Shown here: positions 58,701 to 64,000 of the stretch, piece after piece
How positions within the stretch are numbered: the stretch's first letter is position 1
Layout: each line of letters begins with the position of its first letter
Source of the DNA: Armatimonadota bacterium
GTDB lineage: Bacteria > Armatimonadota > SYMT01
Length of the DNA: 64,000 nucleotides
Assembly (NCBI GenBank): GCA_046292385.1
Contig: JBKBRF010000009.1
Span: 93,840 to 157,839 of the forward strand
Direction of reading: 5' to 3'
Notes under the pieces: model-generated
Told to the model about the DNA's origin: nothing
What the model saw: the letters and a program-made list of their open reading frames with translations, nothing else
Database searches by the model: none
Made by a program: the position numbers and the translations under genes

Positions 58701-59162
58701 TCAGCTCGCGGTCTGCCGGTCCAGCTCCTCGGCCAGGTGTTCGAGCGCCTGGCCGGTCCCCTGCTCGCGATGCGCCGGCACGTCGTGCCCGTCCAGGTAC
58801 GCGCCGTGCTCCACGACCACCAGCCGCGTCCCCTCACCCTCCGCCCTGAACTCCACGCTCACCAGTGAGACGGAGAGGTGGGTCTCATCGGCGTACATGT
58901 CGTAGCTGAAGACGATGCGCTCGTCCGGTACGATGTCGTGGAACCGCGCGTCGACGAAGTAGACCGGGCCCCCCGCCGGCCCGGCGCGGTGCGTCTCCCG
59001 CCCGCCGATCCGGAAGTCCATCTCGTGCCGACCGCCCTCGTGGCAGGACGACCAGCGGAGCTTTGCCTCCAGGCTGGACCAGGCCGCGAAGACTCGCGCC
59101 GGCGACTGGCGGTAAACACGCTCAATGACGAAGGTATCGTGGGTGACCGATCGCTCACTCAT
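58701..59162 (-). CDS. SRPBCC (AHSA1-like) family protein
   Basis: TFVIER...P.RVF.AW, MDFR.GG, DIVPDERIV and GTRL motifs. Confidence 0.92.
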   Translation of the reverse strand: MSERSVTHDTFVIERVYRQSPARVFAAWSSLEAKLRWSSCHEGGRHEMDFRIGGRETHRAGPAGGPVYFVDARFHDIVPDERIVFSYDMYADETHLSVSLVSVEFRAEGEGTRLVVVEHGAYLDGHDVPAHREQGTGQALEHLAEELDRQTAS

Positions 59163-59183
59163 GGGACTTCCTTTCCCGGGCTC

Positions 59184-59525
59184 TCAGGCTTCCGGATCTC
59201 CAGGGTTCTGGTCCAGGTACTCGCCGAGGCGGTCGAGAGCGCGCTCCCAACTCGCCCGCCGCTCCGCGATCCATCGCTCCGCTGTGCTGAGCGCCTCCGG
59301 CTCCAGGCGGCAGGTGCGGGTGCGCCCGACCTTGTGCGACCGGACCAGGCCGCTCGCCTCCAGCACGTGGAGATGCTGCAGCACCGCCGGCAGTGAGACG
59401 GCGAGCGGCTGCGCGAGCTCGCTCACCGAGGCCGGTCCCCGGCAGAGCCGCTCCACCATCGCCCGCCGCGTGGGGTCCGCGAGCGCGTGGAACATGTGGT
59501 CGAGAGTCGGACTTTGGTTAAGCAC
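59184..59525 (-). CDS. ArsR/SmtB family transcriptional regulator
   Basis: FHALADPTRR, SVSELA and QHL.VLE.SGLV...K.GR.R motifs. Start is GTG 59525 or ATG 59540. Confidence 0.92.
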   Translation of the reverse strand: MLNQSPTLDHMFHALADPTRRAMVERLCRGPASVSELAQPLAVSLPAVLQHLHVLEASGLVRSHKVGRTRTCRLEPEALSTAERWIAERRASWERALDRLGEYLDQNPGDPEA

Positions 59526-59533
59526 ATCCTTAA
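59518..59533. promoter_or_regulatory. Palindromic putative ArsR autoregulatory operator
   Basis: TTAAG-CACATC-CTTAA overlapping the start region of the regulator. Confidence 0.5.
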
Positions 59534-59699
59534 GTATCATGGTGGCCCCGAGACCGCCACAAAAACTTCAGCCATCGCTTAACTATTTCCGGCGAAGGCG
59601 ACAACGCCGTGAGTGCGCTGTTTGCTCGGTCGGGCTCCGTTGGTAAATCACCCTGTCGGCGGGTGATCGAGTCGAGACAAGCAGTGGGGAGAGCTGAAA

Positions 59700-59906
59700 A
59701 TGAATGCCACGGACAACCGGCAGGAGATGAGGCAGGATGAGGAGCGGCGGCAGCCGCGGGCGCACGAGCAGAACACCGTGCCGGAGCTTGCCGAGGAGGA
59801 TGCGCCTGCGCGCTACGAGCAGGACACCCAGCCGGTCGACGGCGAGGTAGCGACTCACCTGCCGCCGGAAGAGGAGTCGGGGGTGCGCCAGCCGATCCAG
59901 GGGTAG
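59700..59906 (+). CDS. Small acidic, probably disordered hypothetical protein
   Basis: GGAGAG SD, ATG start and a 68-aa Glu/Gln-rich product. Confidence 0.55.
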   Translation: MNATDNRQEMRQDEERRQPRAHEQNTVPELAEEDAPARYEQDTQPVDGEVATHLPPEEESGVRQPIQG

Positions 59907-60122
59907 AGGCAGGGACCAGGAATCAGGGAGCAGATTCCAGGAGTCACGAAGCAGAGGTCAGCGCTGGCGTCACGCGGGAGCGCTCGGAGGCCTGCTCGGC
60001 GGTGGTAGAATTCTACTTGCCGGGCCATTTCGGACGTATCCGCGCGCCCTCCCTCGGGAGCAGCGCGCGGGCTCCGGTACCGTCCCACTCGCAGCCTCCG
60101 ATCTTTCGAGCCGAGAACTCCC

Positions 60123-61154
60123 ATGCCTGACGTCCAGTTGCCCCTGCTCTACACCAGCACCGTCGGAAGCTACGCGCCCCCGAGCTGGTTCTGCGCCGCC
60201 GTGGAAGCGATCGAGCGGGGCGAGTTCGGCCCCACCGACCGCGAGGAGACCTATGACGACGCCACCCGCATCGCCATCCGCGACCAGGAGGAGGCCGGGG
60301 TCGACCTGATCACCGAGGGCGAGATGCGGCGGGTCGACTTCAACCTCGGCTTCTACGGCCGCCTGGAAGGGCTGCAGCAGCTCCCACCGCAGCGCACCAA
60401 GGGCCCGGACGGCCACGACATGCGGGACCGGTACGTGGTGGTCGACCGCATCACCGCCCCCCGCGGCCTCGGCATTGTCGAAGAGCTGCGGTTCGCCAGC
60501 CGGCACACCGACCGCCCCCTGAAGGTCACCTGCCCCGGCCCCTACACGCTGGCCGGCCGGCCGCAGGGCGGGCAGTTCTACGCCGACCGGTACGCGGTGG
60601 CGCGGGACATGGCCGACATCATCAATGCCGAGCTGAAGAAGTGCGTCGAGGCCGGCGCCACCTGGATCCAGCTCGACGAGCCCTCTGCCGCCGTCTACCC
60701 GGACAACCCGCAGGCGTTCGTCGACCTGATCGCCCGCGCGGTGGACGGCGTCGACGCCAGGCTCGGGATGCACATGTGCTTCGGCAACTTCCGCGGGCGC
60801 GCCGTCGGCAAGCGGGAGTATTCCCCGCTCTTCCCGCACATCCTGGAGTGCCCCATCCACCAGTTCGTGCTGGAGTACGCCAGCCGGGAGATGTCCGAGA
60901 TCGACCTCTGGCAGCGCTTCCCCAGCGACAAAGAGCTGGCGATCGGCGTGGTCGACGTGAAGAACTACTACATCGAGACCCCGGAAGACGTGGCGGAGCG
61001 GATCCGCACCGCCCTCCGCTACGTCTCCGCGGAGAAGCTGAGCGTCGTCCCGGACTGCGGCTTCAGCCAGACCGCCCGCTGGGCCTCCTACAAGAAGCTG
61101 GTCGCCATGGTGAAAGGCGCGGAGATCGTCCGCCAGGAGCTCACCGGCGCCTGA
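60123..61154 (+). CDS. Cobalamin-independent methionine synthase family protein, catalytic domain only (core MetE-like)
   Basis: VGSY..P, QEEAGVDLITEGE.RR, GPYTL, IQLDEP, Zn ligands HMC / E / PDCG; 343 aa. Confidence 0.92.
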   Translation: MPDVQLPLLYTSTVGSYAPPSWFCAAVEAIERGEFGPTDREETYDDATRIAIRDQEEAGVDLITEGEMRRVDFNLGFYGRLEGLQQLPPQRTKGPDGHDMRDRYVVVDRITAPRGLGIVEELRFASRHTDRPLKVTCPGPYTLAGRPQGGQFYADRYAVARDMADIINAELKKCVEAGATWIQLDEPSAAVYPDNPQAFVDLIARAVDGVDARLGMHMCFGNFRGRAVGKREYSPLFPHILECPIHQFVLEYASREMSEIDLWQRFPSDKELAIGVVDVKNYYIETPEDVAERIRTALRYVSAEKLSVVPDCGFSQTARWASYKKLVAMVKGAEIVRQELTGA

Positions 61155-61164
61155 GATTCGCTCG

Positions 61165-61878
61165 TCAGCCCGCGCCGGCGGCCAGGCCGCGGAGGTAGCC
61201 GACGGCGCAGGCGGCTTCTACGGCGGTACCGTCGACGAGCAGCACCGAGTCGGGCGTCTCGATCAGCTTGCGGAGCGGCTCGACCCCGTTCCGCGCGCCG
61301 TCCGGCGAGCAAACCGCCGTCGCCCGGATGCGGGCCGCCACCATCGGCTTGTCGCCTTCTTCGAGTTGCTGCAGCGCGGGGAGGCCGTCCAGCAGCATGC
61401 ACGGCGACACCCACTCTCCGCCGTCGACTTCCGGGTTGGGCAGCGACATCCCGGAGGGGCACTCCACCACTACCCGCACGCGCGCGCGGGCGGCTTCGTC
61501 GCGGAGGCGCTCCAGGAAGCGAGAGATCACCTCCGGAGTCGCCGCGGGGCCGCTGAACGCCAGGAAGAGCGGCGAGACCTCCGCCTCGCCGAGGGCGGTC
61601 AGCAGGATGCGCGTCTCGAAGAGCAGCACTTCCGCGTCGCCTTCCTCTTCCAGCACCAGCTCTCGCCGGCCGCCGAGGACCCCCAGCCCGGCGTCCTCCA
61701 ACCGGTCCTTCATCGCGAGGAGTCCGGCCGCGTTCGGCTGGTCGTCCGGACCGATCGGCGGCAGCAAGCAGACGGCGTCCGGCGCGCAGGCACGGGCGAA
61801 CTGAAGCACCGGCTCCAGGTCGAGCACGGACGACAGGGCCGGCGCGCCGGCAGCGGCGGTGGAGACGGCAATGAGCAT
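61165..61878 (-). CDS. Hypothetical protein, possibly a degenerate TIM-barrel (sugar isomerase/dehydratase-like)
   Basis: Protein-like composition and C-terminal AVGYLRGL. Function not assignable. Confidence 0.55.
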   Translation of the reverse strand: MLIAVSTAAAGAPALSSVLDLEPVLQFARACAPDAVCLLPPIGPDDQPNAAGLLAMKDRLEDAGLGVLGGRRELVLEEEGDAEVLLFETRILLTALGEAEVSPLFLAFSGPAATPEVISRFLERLRDEAARARVRVVVECPSGMSLPNPEVDGGEWVSPCMLLDGLPALQQLEEGDKPMVAARIRATAVCSPDGARNGVEPLRKLIETPDSVLLVDGTAVEAACAVGYLRGLAAGAG

Positions 61879-61971
61879 AGGAGGGGGTACCTGCGAGGGA
61901 GACCACCTCCCACTTACCACCCGCGCGCGCACGGCGAAACGCCGGTAGGTCGATCGGGGGGACCGAACTTA

Positions 61972-62260
61972 AGGAGATGTGGGGATGGAACTGGGGATAA
62001 GGGGGATGGGGCAGCCTGCCGAACCCAGCTCCTACTCCTACTCGTTCTCCTACTCTTGCTCAGGAAGCAGATCGGGCTGGCTCCGGCCCCGGCGAGCAAG
62101 CTGCTCTGCCCTAACAGGGGCTCAAGAATTACCCCTCATCCCCGTTCCCACATCCCCCCATCCCCTGAAAGGTTCCGGCTCCGCCGCCTGTTGTGGGATG
62201 GGCTGACGGGGACGCGGCGGGACACCGGGGCCGCCAGCGAGCAAGAGCAGGAGCAGGACC
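61972..62260. repeat. Interleaved low-complexity inverted repeats (GGGGAT-type and CTCCTA/GAGCAG-type)
   Basis: GGGGATGGAACTGGGGATAAGGGG vs CCCCTCATCCCCGTTCCCACATCCCC; TCCTACTCTTGCTC vs GAGCAAGAGCAGGA. Confidence 0.6.
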
Positions 62261-62389
62261 TCCCGTACACGGAGGGGTGCGATGCAGAAGCCCTAAACCG
62301 CGAGGACGGCGAGGGAGGAGCGTCTCCCGATCTGGTGCACCCGACCGCCTGATAACGAGGGTCCTACGTCCACGCAGGCCGAAGGCCTC

Positions 62390-62467
62390 GGATTGCGGGA
62401 GCTTGCTCCCGCTTTCGCCGACAGCTGCGAGACCGAGCCGCCATAACCTGCGACAGCTTGCTGTCGC
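62390..62467. repeat. REP-like GCTTGC-centred palindromes next to the IS end
   Basis: GCGGGAGCTTGCTCCCGC (62395-62412) and GCGACAGCTTGCTGTCGC (62450-62467); same family as 38754-38780. Confidence 0.65.
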
Positions 62468-62509
62468 CCGAGGGCATGCTACGGGAACGGCCGGCGCCCC
62501 AAACATGAG

Positions 62510-63880
62510 TCATCCCGGATTCGTGCCGTAGAGAGGGCGTGGATCTGGGAAGTCCAGCCAAAGGCGGCTCAGCGCCGCCCGCAGTCGGTAGAGCGGAGCC
62601 GGGGTTTCCCGGCTCCGTTTTCCCGTACGATGGCAGTAGTGACGCAGCAGCCACTTTCGCAGCAGTTCCAGGCGTTCGTCCAGGAGCGAGAGCAGAAAGG
62701 CGTAGACCAGCGTCACCACCAAGAGCAGATTGAGGCGCCGGTCCCACCGCCAGAGGCGCGGGCTCTCCATCGCCAACTCACTTTTGCCATACCGAAACGC
62801 CATTTCGACCTGCCAGCGCCGCGCGTACGCGAGCACCACCTGCCACGCCGCCTCCACGGTCTCGATCGGCTCGTTCGTCAGCAGATACCAGGGCTCTGGA
62901 CGGTGCTGGGAGCGCGCGACCACGAGCCAGAGGGGCGCGGCATAGTCCGGATGGGTGAGACGGACCGCGACCACGCCGACCTTCTGCAGTTCCTTGCGCC
63001 GCGGGTCCCGGAGATATCGGGTGCCCCAGGAACGCTTTCCCCGCGTCAGCTGCCAGGCCGGGCGGTCCGCCCCGGTGGCGTCGCGTAGCTTCCAACGCTT
63101 CGGCCAGCGCAGCACGCACCGCACCTGGTGCGTTAGCGCCAAACCCAGCCACGGGCTCCCCGCGTACCCGCGATCCCAGAGGTGCAGCACCCGTCGGCCC
63201 CACTGCCGGGCACACCAGCGGAGCACCGCCTGCCGCACCTGCCGCGGCTCTTTGCGGGGCACCCGGCCACTAGCGCGGTTGCTCCACCAGCGCATGAGCG
63301 CCACGGTGGGCGGTCCGCTGTGGCCTAGCACCAGTAAGCAGAGCCACGCCATGCCGGGGACGTGGACCGGCCGACCCCCGGGCGGGTTAAAGAAGCCCGG
63401 TTTGATCCGTTTTAGCCGGGCGGCCTTGCTGGAACGGACGGAGCCGAGCCCCTCGCTGTGGAGGCTCTCCGGTTTCTCGAGCACGCTCTCATCCCAGAGC
63501 AACACCGCCTCGGCCCCGGTTGCGGACAGCTCCTGCACGCGGCGGTCGGCTTGGCGCCAGAGAAAGCGGCTGAGTAGCGCGTGTGTCCAGTGGGGAGAGC
63601 GGAGCAGGTTGGAGAGGCGCTTGGTGCCGGCGGGGGCATGCTCGGCAGTGAGCAAGTAGCCCCCGAGCTCGGAGAGCCGCAGCCCGTGCTGGCGGTGCCG
63701 AAACGAGACGATTACCTCCAGCAGGTGCGTAAAGGTGCGCAGTAGCCGCGCATCCAGGCGCGGCGCGAGCTCGGCCAGGAGCGGAGCGACGAACTCTCGG
63801 AGCTGCTGGCGAAGCTGGGCAGAAATGGCACGCGCGGCCGGTTTCCCCTCGGCGCAGAGGGAGGCATACTCTGCATGCAT
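62510..63880 (-). mobile_element. IS4-family DDE transposase
   Basis: WDES, WDRGY and the Y-x2-R-x3-E-x6-K signature (YARRWQVEMAFRYGK); 456 aa. Confidence 0.9.
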
Positions 63881-63901
63881 AAGAGGGTGTACGGTAGTCG
63901 G

Positions 63902-64000
63902 TCATACAGTTAGCCGGTTGAGCATCAGCCGGCTCATCGCCAGCAGGATCTTCGCCTCCGTGGTTTCCGGTAGATAGTCGTACTCGCGGGCGAGCCCTCT
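63902..64000 (-). mobile_element. 3' end of an IS5-family transposase (continues beyond the window)
   Basis: Minus-strand translation RGLAREYDYLPETTEAKILLAMSRLMLNRLTV* matches the RL.(K/R)DYE.LP..SEA.I..AM..LML.RL C-terminal pattern. Confidence 0.8.

Noticed and set aside
59907..60122. SAM or cobalamin riboswitch upstream of the methionine synthase homolog
   Set aside because: Conserved SAM-I or B12-box sequences were not found; only a TGGTAGAAT extended -10-like element is visible.
62500..63910. Terminal inverted repeats of the IS4 element
   Set aside because: Only a short ATGA-containing match between candidate ends, too weak to call.

Overview
GC-rich bacterial chromosomal window. The accC-nusB-dxs gene order, the prepilin style and a Wza/Wzc export pair suggest a diderm Terrabacteria member such as Armatimonadota; this is inference. 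From left to right: (1) a housekeeping block with a partial BCCP-like gene whose biotinyl Lys is replaced by Arg, a small pilin-like gene, accC, nusB, dxs and a Tat-exported amidase. (2) A Wzy-type exopolysaccharide locus on the minus strand in two blocks (6.6-12.5 kb and 24.8-37.3 kb), split by a WD40 gene, REC-PP2C and REC-GGDEF genes, and two large secreted carbohydrate-active-like proteins that share near-identical C-terminal DNA cassettes. (3) A regulatory region with three sigma factors, about 1.3 kb of highly palindromic non-coding DNA, GT2, pentapeptide and CapA genes, and two multi-PAS HisKA_2 kinases each followed by a stand-alone receiver. (4) Miscellaneous genes: M20 hydrolase, ROK, ArsR/SRPBCC and a core methionine synthase. 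(5) An IS4-family transposase next to the 3' end of an IS5-family transposase. No rRNA, tRNA or CRISPR array was recognised. All calls come from reading motifs by eye; no database searches were run.
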